The position numbers and the translations under genes were made by a program. From NCBI GenBank assembly GCA_965237955.1, contig OZ250169.1, forward strand, positions 3,040,001 to 3,104,000: a DNA stretch of 64,000 nucleotides, written 5' to 3'. The DNA comes from Candidatus Marinacidobacterales bacterium. Its GTDB lineage: Bacteria > Acidobacteriota > Vicinamibacteria > Marinacidobacterales > SMYC01. The notes beneath the pieces are model-generated. The model searched no databases and was not told the origin of the DNA. It was given only the letters and a program-made list of their open reading frames with translations. Numbering within the stretch: position 1 is the first letter of the stretch; each line of letters begins with the position of its first letter. Below, in pieces: positions 42,717 to 52,044 of the stretch.

Positions 42717-44444
42717 CTATCCCTCTCCGTTTCTACCAAGGACTGTTCGTTCTTCATTTGAAAGGCGGTAGAGCTTGAAGGCTGCTGCATTGCACGCCAG
42801 CGTATCTCCACGTTTTGCTGCCGCAGTTAGCACTGTCTTAATCTCGGGAGGCACATCCTTCCAGCGCGGCAGGCGAATACGCCGGAGATACTGCGCCTGA
42901 AAGCGTAGATAACCGCCGCGCATCTGGGTTGAATAGATAGAGACAAACAGCCGGGCGACCCCGGATCGCAGGACTGCTTGTAGCGCTATCAAATCCCACT
43001 CATCGGACGTTATGAAATAGAGATTGTGGTGCGGGTAGAGCTGGCCGTTTTCATAGACGATATGGGCCTCACCCTTGATATCCGGGATGAGCAGCTTCGG
43101 TTTCTTCGCAAGAGTCGGATAAATCCGGTCAATGGTTCGATACCAATTTGCTGGAACCTTTTGGGCGATGTGGCGCTTGGCAATCTGGTCTTTGCGCGCT
43201 TCCAGATAACGTCTAAGCCTAGGATATTGGTCGAGCTTGACAAGTCCGTCTTCATCGTCAAACGGATTGACGATACCAAGGCCACGCCAATTGACCTCAC
43301 CGCTCAAGATATCGCGTGTCATAGCAAGGGGCAGTTTGCGATCTAGCTCTACGTCAAGCTCGTCATAGGGGCCGATAAAGGCCTTGTCTGCACCGGTCGC
43401 AACGCCGATGCCAACCTTGCATCCCGCGTCTTCAATGAGAGGAAAGTCGCGTTCAAAGCGGCGCACCAGAGCCAATTGTTCCAGAGATTCTAGTATCCAC
43501 GGTTCCGCACCCATCGCCACACCGGCAAGTTCTTTCACGAGGCTGTCTGGTTTGGGGGGTTGGATTGCCAGGAGTTCGCGGGTTAGGGCGCGCAGCACTT
43601 TTCTGGTGATCTCCGGTCGTCGGGCAATCCGGGTCTTACCAGGCTTTTCCCTGCCGATGATGGTGATGGCGGGATACGCGATCACGTTTTCATGGAAGGC
43701 CGGAGTATTCACCATGTCCACATAGGCTCTCAAATGAAAGCGCTCTGCAACCATCTGGCGTAACTGCCTGCCGTAACGGTTCTTCACCCAGCGGTCAGCA
43801 CAGATGAAACCGAGCACACCGCCTTTCGAGAGAAGGCTGAGCGAGCGCTCGATAAAGGGGATATATAGATCGGCCCGGTCAAAGATCGTGGTGTAGCGCG
43901 AGCGATATTCAGCAATCAGAGCGTCCGGAATTAGTTCCTGCCGAACATATGGGGGATTGCCGACGACATGATCGAATCTGCCCAGCAGCGGTGCCTGCAG
44001 GAAATCACCGCATATGAGCCAAGTCCCTGCAAGCTGCTCGGCGGTCTTAGGAGCAATCCCCTCTTGTGTGAGAAGGGCAATGACCTTCAGGCGCGTTGCG
44101 ACGTAAGAAGCCTTGTGCAGTTCCACCGCGCGAATGCTGTCCTTCAAGCTATCAAATACGTCATGCCTGCCGTCATGTCGTATCCACGCCTTGAGTAGGC
44201 GCTCGACAACGATGAGCAGAAAATCACCTTCTCCGAAAGACGGTTCTAGAATGCGGCGTTTGTATAAAGCCCTGTCGTGCGTGTAGCACAGCAGGTCGAG
44301 GATGAATTCGACGACCTCGGGCCGGGTGAAGATCGCCCCCCTTTCCTCAATGCCGGCAGCGGCGAGACCCTCCAACGCATCTTCAACCGGACACATGCCG
44401 GGCAACGAACCTTGGTGAAGATGTTGTTGAACTGGTTCAATCAT
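42717..44444 (-). CDS. N6-adenine DNA methyltransferase, M.PaeR7I/TaqI-like
   Basis: [46 protein letters not shown]. Confidence 0.88.
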   Translation of the reverse strand: MIEPVQQHLHQGSLPGMCPVEDALEGLAAAGIEERGAIFTRPEVVEFILDLLCYTHDRALYKRRILEPSFGEGDFLLIVVERLLKAWIRHDGRHDVFDSLKDSIRAVELHKASYVATRLKVIALLTQEGIAPKTAEQLAGTWLICGDFLQAPLLGRFDHVVGNPPYVRQELIPDALIAEYRSRYTTIFDRADLYIPFIERSLSLLSKGGVLGFICADRWVKNRYGRQLRQMVAERFHLRAYVDMVNTPAFHENVIAYPAITIIGREKPGKTRIARRPEITRKVLRALTRELLAIQPPKPDSLVKELAGVAMGAEPWILESLEQLALVRRFERDFPLIEDAGCKVGIGVATGADKAFIGPYDELDVELDRKLPLAMTRDILSGEVNWRGLGIVNPFDDEDGLVKLDQYPRLRRYLEARKDQIAKRHIAQKVPANWYRTIDRIYPTLAKKPKLLIPDIKGEAHIVYENGQLYPHHNLYFITSDEWDLIALQAVLRSGVARLFVSIYSTQMRGGYLRFQAQYLRRIRLPRWKDVPPEIKTVLTAAAKRGDTLACNAAAFKLYRLSNEERTVLGRNGEG

Positions 44445-44550
44445 TTCTGGAAGCGCCCTGCGCAACGCCAAGGCATCGCTCAGACTCTTTTTGCGACATC
44501 AATAGTCTTTGGCTCTACTTTCTTCCCTGCGACACTTATCCAGCGGCTTT

Positions 44551-44640
44551 TGAACCGCCCCGGTTTTCTCGGAGACTGTTTTAGTTGACTCCCGCCTCCA
44601 CGACGCCGGCCGCCTGATTCCGATAGTACATCTGCTCGAA
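44551..44640 (-). mobile_element. IS3-family right end and orfB tail
   Basis: FEQMYYRNQ...VN*; GTCTCCGAGAAAACCGGGGCGGTTCA. Confidence 0.7.
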
Positions 44641-44703
44641 CCCCCGGACCTTTCGATCAACGGTTTTCAAGACCGCCGCCTTAGACCGCTCGACCATCCC
44701 TCC
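44636..44703 (-). tRNA. tRNA-Ser(TGA), 3'-truncated in the T-loop (pseudo)
   Basis: GGAGGGATGGTCGAGCGGTCTAAGGCGGCGGTCTTGAAAACCGTTGATCGAAAGGTCCGGGGGTTCGA, long variable arm; upstream TGCTACAAT. Confidence 0.85.
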
Positions 44704-44729
44704 GCACCCTCATCATTGTAGCAAAGAAT

Positions 44730-45814
44730 GGCGTTGTTGCACCGCTCTGGCTGAGAGCGAAATCCGCCTATGGTGGTGGCCGAGGTATGTTCGAGCATGA
44801 AGTATCCCAAGCGCTGCCAGTACAAGCACGCGAAGCAGAAGAAGTACCACGTTCGCAACTGGGCGGAATACAACGAAGGGCTGCGCCGCCGGGGCGATTT
44901 GACAGTCTGGTTTGACGAGGAGGCAATCGCGAACTGGAAGGCCGACAAGACCGGTAAGCCTGGCGGTCAACGGGTCTATTCAGACATGGCGATTGAAACG
45001 GGCCTGGTTGTCCGGATGGTGTACAAGCTCGCCTACCGACAAACCGAAGGCTTCTTGCACTCGATCGCCTCGCTTCTCGGACTCGGTATCGAGATCCCGG
45101 ACTACTCGACGTTGTGTCGGCGCTCGAGGTTGCTCCGCAAGAAGCTGCGGATTCCGAAAGCCGCGAGCACTCAACCCATCCACCTGATGATCGATAGCAC
45201 GGGCTTGAGGATTCATGTTGGAAACGCTCGCAAACCGCCAAAGCAGCGCGCATGGCGCAAGTTGCACATCGCCGTTGATCGCGAGACAGGGAACATTGTT
45301 GCGTCCAAACTGACGGCGTCACGAGCTCGCGACGCAACCCGAGTCCCCGCTTTGCTAACACAGATTCAAGCACCTCTAGTGTCGGTGGCGGCGGACAGTG
45401 CATACGACAAGGAAGCGGTCTACGAAGCCATCGAAGCGCACAGTCCTGGACGAAGGACGCGCGTGGTGATTCCGCCGCAACGAAACGCGACGCTCAGTCA
45501 GAATTCGAACACCGCCATGCAGGAGCGCGATCGCCATATTCGTGCAATCGAAAGACACGGCCGACGTGAATGGTACAAGCTCTCAGGCTACACCAAGCGA
45601 AGCATGGTGGAGAACGCGGTCTATCGTTACAAGGCGATCATCGGGCCGGAGATGCGGGCTCGAACGTTGGCGAGGCAACGAGTTGAACACCGAATTGGGT
45701 GCGAGATACTCAACAAGATGGCTGCGCTCGGGATGCCCGATACGTACTGCGCCGGGTGACTCTGCAACCGGCACAGGGAGGTCAGCGATTTGCTCCGGGC
45801 CGTGCAACAACGCC
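44730..45814 (+). mobile_element. IS5-family element, copy 2
   Basis: Near-identical to 38729-39812. Confidence 0.9.
44797..45759 (+). CDS. IS5-family DDE transposase
   Basis: Two amino-acid differences from copy 1 in the ORF track. Confidence 0.9.
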   Translation: MKYPKRCQYKHAKQKKYHVRNWAEYNEGLRRRGDLTVWFDEEAIANWKADKTGKPGGQRVYSDMAIETGLVVRMVYKLAYRQTEGFLHSIASLLGLGIEIPDYSTLCRRSRLLRKKLRIPKAASTQPIHLMIDSTGLRIHVGNARKPPKQRAWRKLHIAVDRETGNIVASKLTASRARDATRVPALLTQIQAPLVSVAADSAYDKEAVYEAIEAHSPGRRTRVVIPPQRNATLSQNSNTAMQERDRHIRAIERHGRREWYKLSGYTKRSMVENAVYRYKAIIGPEMRARTLARQRVEHRIGCEILNKMAALGMPDTYCAG

Positions 45815-45939
45815 GACCGAGATCGCGAGTTGTGCACCAAGGCCTCGATAATCCCCCTTAGCCTCGATGGCGACGACCCATGCTTACTTCGTACAATACG
45901 TGCCTTGCTGTCTCGATGACTCAAAAAGGAGGATGACCC

Positions 45940-46287
45940 TTGACGATAGAGCGTCACGAAGTAGGACCCCGTATGAGCCAGTGCGTCGTTCACAACGACA
46001 CTGTCTATCTCGCCGGCCAGATCGATCGCGCTGGCTCGCCGACGGTCGGAGAGCAGACGAAGCGCATTCTGGAGGGCATCGATCGACTGCTGGCGACCGC
46101 CGGCACCGACAAGTCAAAACTGCTGACCGCCACGATTTGGCTTTCCGACATCCGGTTTTTCTCGGAAATGAACGAGGTATGGGACGCGTGGGTGAGCCCC
46201 GGCAATACGCCAGCACGCGCCTGTATCGAGGCCAAGCTCGCAAGGACGAAGTTTCTCGTCGAGATAGGCGTCACGGCGGGGCGCTAG
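45940..46287 (+). CDS. RidA/YjgF (YoaB-like) family protein
   Basis: RMSQ.V.H..TVYLAGQ, W..D...F.EMN.VWDAW, P.RAC.EA.LA; AGGAGG RBS. Confidence 0.88.
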   Translation: MTIERHEVGPRMSQCVVHNDTVYLAGQIDRAGSPTVGEQTKRILEGIDRLLATAGTDKSKLLTATIWLSDIRFFSEMNEVWDAWVSPGNTPARACIEAKLARTKFLVEIGVTAGR

Positions 46288-46456
46288 TGTCCCGGCTTTC
46301 CAGAGGGGAGAAGTTCCTCGGTGCCGAAGTGGATCGCGGCGAAGCTCACGACGGAGCCTTCGTCGATGTTCCACTGCCCGTAGTGGCGCAGCTCGCCTTT
46401 CAGATCCTTCAGCGAAGGCACTGGCTCGAGAGAGCGGAGGAACGTATAGAGGGGCG

Positions 46457-47653
46457 GGTGCTTCCGCCATGAAGTGTTGGTGGCTGCCGCGTAACCCGTT
46501 CGCGTGCTAGAGTTTGAACCAGAATTCTGAAGACACAGTTCTCTCATCGTCAGGGCCGAGCCGAAGTGAAGAATAGCAGATGTCTCAATCCCGCATGTCC
46601 GTTGCGGGGCAAAGTCAGTTCCGGAAACATCGTTCGCCACGGATTCTACCGAACCAGGTCCGGGAAACGCCGTCGATACCGGTGCGGCGAGTGCGGAAAG
46701 ACGTTCTCCTCGACGAAAGGCACGCCCTACTACCGTCTCCAACATCGAAGAGCTACTTTCGATGGGGTCATCGCTCTCAGAGTCGAGGGTGTCAGCATTT
46801 CCTCGATTTCCCGGACCGAAGGGCTTGCCTGGAACACCGTCGCCCGCTGGCTCGAGAAGGCAGCCCAAGTGTGTCGTCGATTCAACCACACAAGGATCGC
46901 TGGCTTCGCTGCCGAAGAGCTTCAAGCCGACGAGATTCGCACGTTCGCGGGCGACAAGAAGACGCCGAGTTGGGTCTTCGTTACGATCGAGGTCTGGTCT
47001 CGGCTCTGGCCATCGACGGTGACGGGAAGGCGAAGCTACCGGAACACTCACGCTCTGTTTCACGACCTTTCGCGGCGGATGAATTTCGAGCGTCTTCCCT
47101 TGATCGTTACGGATGGATTCGAATTCTACCAGAAGGTCATCCGTCGCTTCTTCGGGCCAGCGTGTCTCTACGGCCAAGTCCTCAAAACTCGCAGGAACGA
47201 TCGTATCATCAAGGTCGAACGGAGAGCGCTGCACGGAGCCGCGTGGCGATTCGAAGACGCGCTCAATAACTCCGAGGACTCTTCGACATTGAACACGTCG
47301 TTCATCGAGCGGTTGAATCTGACCATCCGGCAAAGCTCGGCATACCTTTCGAGACGAACGCTTTCCCACGCTCGCTCGACGGAGAGGCTCGATGAGCACC
47401 TGGAGTTGCTCCGTTGCTATTACAACTTCGTCCGACCGCACGGAGCTCTGAAGTTCGGACGTGAGATCCGAACTCCGGCTATGCAGGCTGGTCTGACGAC
47501 GCGACGGCTCACCTTTCGAGACATCTTCTTGGCGACAACGATTCCTTTGTGGTTGCGGATCGAGGTTTTCCTGCTCACTAGGGCGCGCAACCCGGTCTCT
47601 TCCGCACCTGTACCACTGCCCGCAGCCGCGTAGCACTTGATGGCGGAAGCACC
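46457..47653 (+). mobile_element. IS1-family element, apparently intact
   Basis: TIRs GGTGCTTCCGCCATGAAGTG / CACTTGATGGCGGAAGCACC. Confidence 0.85.
46566..47633 (+). CDS. IS1-family transposase (Zn-ribbon, HTH and DDE in one frame)
   Basis: CLNPAC..RYRC..CGKTF; QADE, TDG...Y, NTSFIER.N..IR, YNF.RPH, TPAM.AG. Confidence 0.85.
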   Translation: MKNSRCLNPACPLRGKVSSGNIVRHGFYRTRSGKRRRYRCGECGKTFSSTKGTPYYRLQHRRATFDGVIALRVEGVSISSISRTEGLAWNTVARWLEKAAQVCRRFNHTRIAGFAAEELQADEIRTFAGDKKTPSWVFVTIEVWSRLWPSTVTGRRSYRNTHALFHDLSRRMNFERLPLIVTDGFEFYQKVIRRFFGPACLYGQVLKTRRNDRIIKVERRALHGAAWRFEDALNNSEDSSTLNTSFIERLNLTIRQSSAYLSRRTLSHARSTERLDEHLELLRCYYNFVRPHGALKFGREIRTPAMQAGLTTRRLTFRDIFLATTIPLWLRIEVFLLTRARNPVSSAPVPLPAAA

Positions 47654-47770
47654 CAACGACGCGCCTACGGCTATCGCGACGAGGAATATCTCAAGCTGAA
47701 GATCGTGGCGGCTTTCCTTCCGCCATTACCCAGAAATGCAGTTTTCAACCCACACGAATCCGCGTAGACC
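47654..47770 (+). mobile_element. ISL3-family C-terminal fragment and end
   Basis: RRAYGYRDEEYLKLKI; CCACACGAATCCGCGTAGACC. Confidence 0.65.
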
Positions 47771-47860
47771 CTCTTTTTTCGGATCACAGGCGGATTACAC
47801 GGACACGAACGGGACGCCGACCAGTAGTTCTCCGCTCAATCTTAATCTCAATCAGACCCT

Positions 47861-48814
47861 CTAGAAAAGGTACTTTAAGTTCAAGCCGACGCCGAACATT
47901 TGGATGTCGCCGACCTCAAGGCCGCCCGACACAGGCTCGCTGCCATCCCTGCGAAGATTGGGCGGGTGGCTGCGCAGTGGATCCCAGACAATACTGTCGT
48001 CGTTTCGAAAAGAATGAAAGTTAACCCAGCGTCCCTTAACCCCGAGCAGTAATGCCTCCGTGAGCGCGTAGTCCACACCAAATAATACCTGGTAGCCGAA
48101 CAGCGTATCGCTGAGCACGGTCTGTGCGCTGCTAGTCGATCCGGCAAGGGTCTGACGGATCTGCTCCACATTGTCTAGCCCCTCCCCGGTCGTGATCGCA
48201 TTCACATCAAGGTTCCTCTGCCACAGGGAACCATAATCCATATTGGTAAACCCGGTGCCCACACCAACCCCAACATACGGCGTAAGCCGGCTAGCGTTCT
48301 TAAAATCGAAATACAGGTTGGCAAACAAGTTGTGCGAGGTAAGGCTGCCGATGCGGTCTGTGGCTACCTGGAGTTCCTGGGCGAGCTTGTCACCGGAGGC
48401 TCCAGTGGCCCCGGGAATATCGGAAGTTTGGTCATGGCCGGTGTCACGGTAGAAGTATTCCAGTTCAAAACGGAAGGAGTTATCCGCGAAGCGATAGCCG
48501 AGCGCCATACCGAACAGAGGGCCCTTGGCGGAATCGAATGCGTTTTGCCAAGCGTCACCCTGACCGCGATTTGCGCCGGTGCAGTTGTAGTTCTCGTACC
48601 CCAGAGTGCCCATGACTGTATCGAACGCAGGGTTGATGTATTCGTCACACACACTCGCCCGGTCGTTGCTGAATCCGACCATATCCAACGACGAGCCGAA
48701 ATTCGCTCCCCACTCGCTGCCGAAATAGAACCCCGATTGGGCGTGCGCCGGGGCGCCTATCCAGAATGTAATGAAGATAACTATCAAAATTACAGACTGG
48801 AAAAACTTGTTCAT
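47861..48814 (-). CDS. Outer-membrane beta-barrel protein (opacity/OmpA-like)
   Basis: Signal peptide ending AHA; GY.F...R.ELEY, NLYFDF, TPYVG.G.G, C-terminal LKYLF. Confidence 0.8.
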   Translation of the reverse strand: MNKFFQSVILIVIFITFWIGAPAHAQSGFYFGSEWGANFGSSLDMVGFSNDRASVCDEYINPAFDTVMGTLGYENYNCTGANRGQGDAWQNAFDSAKGPLFGMALGYRFADNSFRFELEYFYRDTGHDQTSDIPGATGASGDKLAQELQVATDRIGSLTSHNLFANLYFDFKNASRLTPYVGVGVGTGFTNMDYGSLWQRNLDVNAITTGEGLDNVEQIRQTLAGSTSSAQTVLSDTLFGYQVLFGVDYALTEALLLGVKGRWVNFHSFRNDDSIVWDPLRSHPPNLRRDGSEPVSGGLEVGDIQMFGVGLNLKYLF

Positions 48815-48868
48815 GAAGTCCCTCTCACTTTTGTCGAAATACTCATGCGTACATTGTACCGCGCCCGG

Positions 48869-49045
48869 TGATCCGCTCCGGGTTTTCCGGAGGCTCTATT
48901 TCTTGAGAGGATGGGAGTCATTATGGGAAAATCAACGCGATATTCTTCAGAAGTTCGTGAGCGTGCCGTCGGGATGGTGTTGGAGCATCGGGACGAGTAC
49001 GAATCGCAATGGGCGTCGCTGACGTCGATTGCCTCGAAGACCGGG
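48869..49045 (+). mobile_element. IS3-family left end and orfA fragment
   Basis: TGATCCGCTCCGGGTTTTCCGGAG; [12 protein letters not shown]...Y.SQW....SIA.K.G. Confidence 0.75.
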
Positions 49046-49049
49046 TATG

Positions 49050-49708
49050 CAAGCGGCTTATTCTCAGCTTGTCTGCCAGGGCTGCCTTCGTCAATCCCTC
49101 CTGCAAATGCTCTCGCAGCAACACTCGTTTCTCCCTCCCGTACATGGGTCGCCTCCGCTCTTGAGGGACTACTTTGTCTGAAGGGCCGCGGTCCTCGTGA
49201 GATCAAAATACTCATGCGCCTTCTGTCCAAAAACACAAACGAACTCAAGACTGGCGCGCCGGGACGTTTCGGATCAGAGACGTCTGAGGCTTGGTTGGCC
49301 AATGGAAGCTAGAATCCTCGGTCATGAGGAGGCAGAGCCAGCCCTGAACCTTGTTGGTCGTCGCCATCGCTGGCTGGCTCCAGCGTGACCAACAGGCCGC
49401 TATCGTTTGTGTTTTTGGACACGACGGGAAGCGACGCCTCCTCGCCCGACTTCGAGCGAACTCGAGGTCGCGACACTTGGATGCGACGACCACCGAAGCT
49501 CAGCTCTCCGTTCGTGCTCCCCCAGTGGTTATGAGTTCGCTCCTTCTCGTGCTTGCCCTTGAGCCCCGCGATCTCCTCGGCGTCCTCTCTGAGCAGTAGG
49601 TGCAGAGCTGTCAGTCCTTGCTCGTACACCCATTCCGTCAGATCCGCCTTCGTGGCCGCGATCCCAGCTATCATCGGTAGCAGTATCTGACCGACTTGGC
49701 CAACTACC
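49050..49708 (-). mobile_element. Mosaic: IS21 istA-like start, rve-2 ends, IS256 5' fragment
   Basis: [12 protein letters not shown]...ISR; TGTCCAAAAACACAAACG; HWG...G...FGGR...V.RPRVR. Confidence 0.6.
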
Positions 49709-49876
49709 TTGCCCGTAGGCGTTTCCGCCGAAGGCGACGCAGGCTACGGCGTCGTCACGCTCGACCTGGAACTCACGCTTGAGGTAAATGAGCGCGAAGT
49801 AGTCATTCCGGACGCCCCCGCACGTCGCCTTCAGGTCGGAGTACGCCTGGTCGATCATTTGGTCGGCAATCGCCAT
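49709..49876 (-). pseudogene. AIPR-like protein N-terminal stub
   Basis: GGVRNDYFALIYL..EF.......VAFGGN.YG then IS256 sequence. Confidence 0.45.
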
Positions 49877-49971
49877 TTACCTTTGCCTCGCGTTACACGT
49901 TGGAAGTGGCCGGCTGCACCGAGACGACTGACAGTTCGGCAATGATTTTCACATTGCCCTCACACTCGGGT

Positions 49972-50065
49972 TGTGATCCGCAAAAAAGAAAACCGGCCAG
50001 AAGCAGCCGACTATGGTAGGCCTAACCCGCGTAATCAACGCCGGATTGACTTTTTGCGGAGCACA
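49972..50065. mobile_element. 94-bp MITE-C
   Basis: Homologous to 15991-16084. Confidence 0.75.
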
Positions 50066-50091
50066 ACCCCCGCCGTCGCTCCACCGTCTCC

Positions 50092-50472
50092 TCAAGACTG
50101 GAATCCGATAAGCAAGAGGAACGCGGCATCTTCCGCGGCCGAAACCCGGTGCTTTTTGCCTTGTCCGATGAATAGCGTCCGGCCCGAGCCCAGCGTGAGA
50201 GATTGACGGTTCTCGAGTCCCTCGACAGTGACCGCCCCGGTGACCGGCACGATGACGACGGGGCCAGGCGCCACGTGTTCGTGAATCTCTCCACCTGCCC
50301 GGACGGCGGTGAGTACGGCCGTCATTCCTTTACCCTTCGCCAGCGTGCGCGCCGAGCGGCCGTTGCGGGCGAGCTCTTCGGAGCCCAGCAAGTCGCGAGC
50401 GATCGCCGCCACGTCAAGAGATTCGAGCGTGATGGCTCCGAAGTCGAGCGGTGCGTCCCGTTGCGTGGCCAT
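50092..50472 (-). CDS. Cupin domain protein
   Basis: GR.ARTL.K, G.EI.EH.APGP, H.V.A.ED.AFLL. Confidence 0.75.
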   Translation of the reverse strand: MATQRDAPLDFGAITLESLDVAAIARDLLGSEELARNGRSARTLAKGKGMTAVLTAVRAGGEIHEHVAPGPVVIVPVTGAVTVEGLENRQSLTLGSGRTLFIGQGKKHRVSAAEDAAFLLLIGFQS

Positions 50473-50509
50473 TGCTTTACTCCATTCTCGAGGAAGTACC
50501 AGACCCGTG

Positions 50510-50613
50510 TTTAGGGAATGGCCTCAATCCTTGCGTTCTTCCTGGCTGCGGCTGCCTTGCGTCTTTGCTGCGTGATCTTCCAGTCCATCCCCGTATCGCT
50601 GTCGCGAAGACCT
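50510..50613 (-). pseudogene. 3' stub of a diverged paralogue of the Mrr-N gene (18342-18878)
   Basis: Reverse match to about 18790-18890 with several substitutions. Confidence 0.7.
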
Positions 50614-50717
50614 TTTGGTGCTTACGCCATCAAGTGATGGAATGGACTCCTCCGCTGACATAGACGGCATCGATGTGCCAAAGTCAGTCGAATACGCATC
50701 GAAAAGGAGGAGTCCGA

Positions 50718-51749
50718 ATGAAAGATACGACGATCGCTGTGGATCTTGCAAAGAACGTCTTCGAGATTGCCATCTCGGGAGAAGCGGGGAAGGTGTCCAA
50801 GCAACTCCGTGTGAGTCGACCCAAGTTGGTGTCGTTTTTTGCCAAACAGAGCGCTGCCACCGTGCTTCTCGAAGCCTGCGGCTCTGCTCACTTCTGGGCA
50901 AGGACGTTCCGAAGGTTGGGACACGACGTCGTCCTGCTCCCACCTCACCTCGTGAGGCCCTATCGACGCGGGAGCAAGAACGACCGCGCCGACGCCAAAG
51001 AGTTGCTCGAGGCCTACAGGAACGAGGAGATTCTTCCCGTGCCCATTAAGTCCGTGCACCAGCACAGCCTCGCCGCGCTCCATCGCCTGCGCTCAGGATG
51101 GCTCTCCACACGGACCGCACGCATCAATGCCGTACGCGGGATCCTGCGCGAACTCGGATTCATCATCCCAAAGGGCGCTCACTTCGTCGTGCCCGCCCTC
51201 TTCGAACTCGTCGAAGACGCTGATTCTGATTTGCCCGACGTGCTCCGTTCGCATCTCCGTGATGCCTGCTCCGAGATTCGAGAACTCAAGGACAAGTGCG
51301 CTGGCATCGAGCACGAGCTCAAGGCGCTCACCAAGCAGCTTCCTGAAGTCCAACGACTTCTCGCCATTCCCGGCATCGGACTTCTGACCGCGACCGCCAT
51401 CGTGGGCTTCGTCGGCGATCTTCGCCGCTTCCCATCGGGGCGCCGCTTCTCGAGCTACCTCGGCCTAGTTCCCAAGGAAAACTCCAGTGGCGACATTCGC
51501 CGCCTCGGACGCATCACCAAGCGTGGCGACTCCTACCTCCGTATGCTCCTCACCCAGGGCGGGCGCGCCGTGCTCCGCGCGGCGAACGTCAGTAAGAGCC
51601 CGCCCGACAAGCTCCGCGCCTGGGCTCGGAAGGTCCACCGCTCGCGGGGACACAACAAGGCCGTGATTGCTGTCGCCAACAAACTCGCCCGGATCGTCTG
51701 GGCCGTCTCCACCCGCGAGAGTGAATTCCAGTCGCCGATGGCCGCTTAG
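50718..51749 (+). CDS. IS110/IS1111 DEDD recombinase
   Basis: One substitution (AKAL to AKEL) versus the other copies. Confidence 0.95.
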   Translation: MKDTTIAVDLAKNVFEIAISGEAGKVSKQLRVSRPKLVSFFAKQSAATVLLEACGSAHFWARTFRRLGHDVVLLPPHLVRPYRRGSKNDRADAKELLEAYRNEEILPVPIKSVHQHSLAALHRLRSGWLSTRTARINAVRGILRELGFIIPKGAHFVVPALFELVEDADSDLPDVLRSHLRDACSEIRELKDKCAGIEHELKALTKQLPEVQRLLAIPGIGLLTATAIVGFVGDLRRFPSGRRFSSYLGLVPKENSSGDIRRLGRITKRGDSYLRMLLTQGGRAVLRAANVSKSPPDKLRAWARKVHRSRGHNKAVIAVANKLARIVWAVSTRESEFQSPMAA

Positions 51750-51794
51750 ACTTAGAGGCTCCACTTTCGTGTTTTCCTTTTTCCCTTCCAAAAG

Positions 51795-51990
51795 AGGCTG
51801 CGACGATACCCATCCAACTGATGGCGTACCGGTCGGACCGGCGCGGGGTCAAGCCGATAGCAACACTGGCCCTAAGAGGTCGTTCAAAGTGATTGGCTCC
51901 TCGCGCGCGGATTTTCCATCATGGCCCGGAGCACCCAAGACGCTCCTCACTGAGGCCGAAGATACGTTTGCAGTCTGACCCACTCGTCAC
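51795..51990 (+). ncRNA. Putative bridge/seek RNA; boundaries approximate
   Basis: TAGCAACACT (51858) and AAGTG (51887) match the target; TTCCATCAT (51914) and AGATAcG (51960) match the donor junction; hairpins between them. Confidence 0.75.
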
Positions 51991-52038
51991 GACGCGATGG
52001 ATGCGCAGCTTCGATGGAAGATTTATTAAGAAAGGGGC

Positions 52039-52044
52039 TTGACT
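52039..52044 (+). promoter_or_regulatory. Outward -35 box (TTGACT) for a circle-junction promoter
   Basis: In the joined ends it lies 18 bp before TGGAAT (TGnTGGAAT) from the left end; junction promoters are typical of IS1111 elements. Confidence 0.5.
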
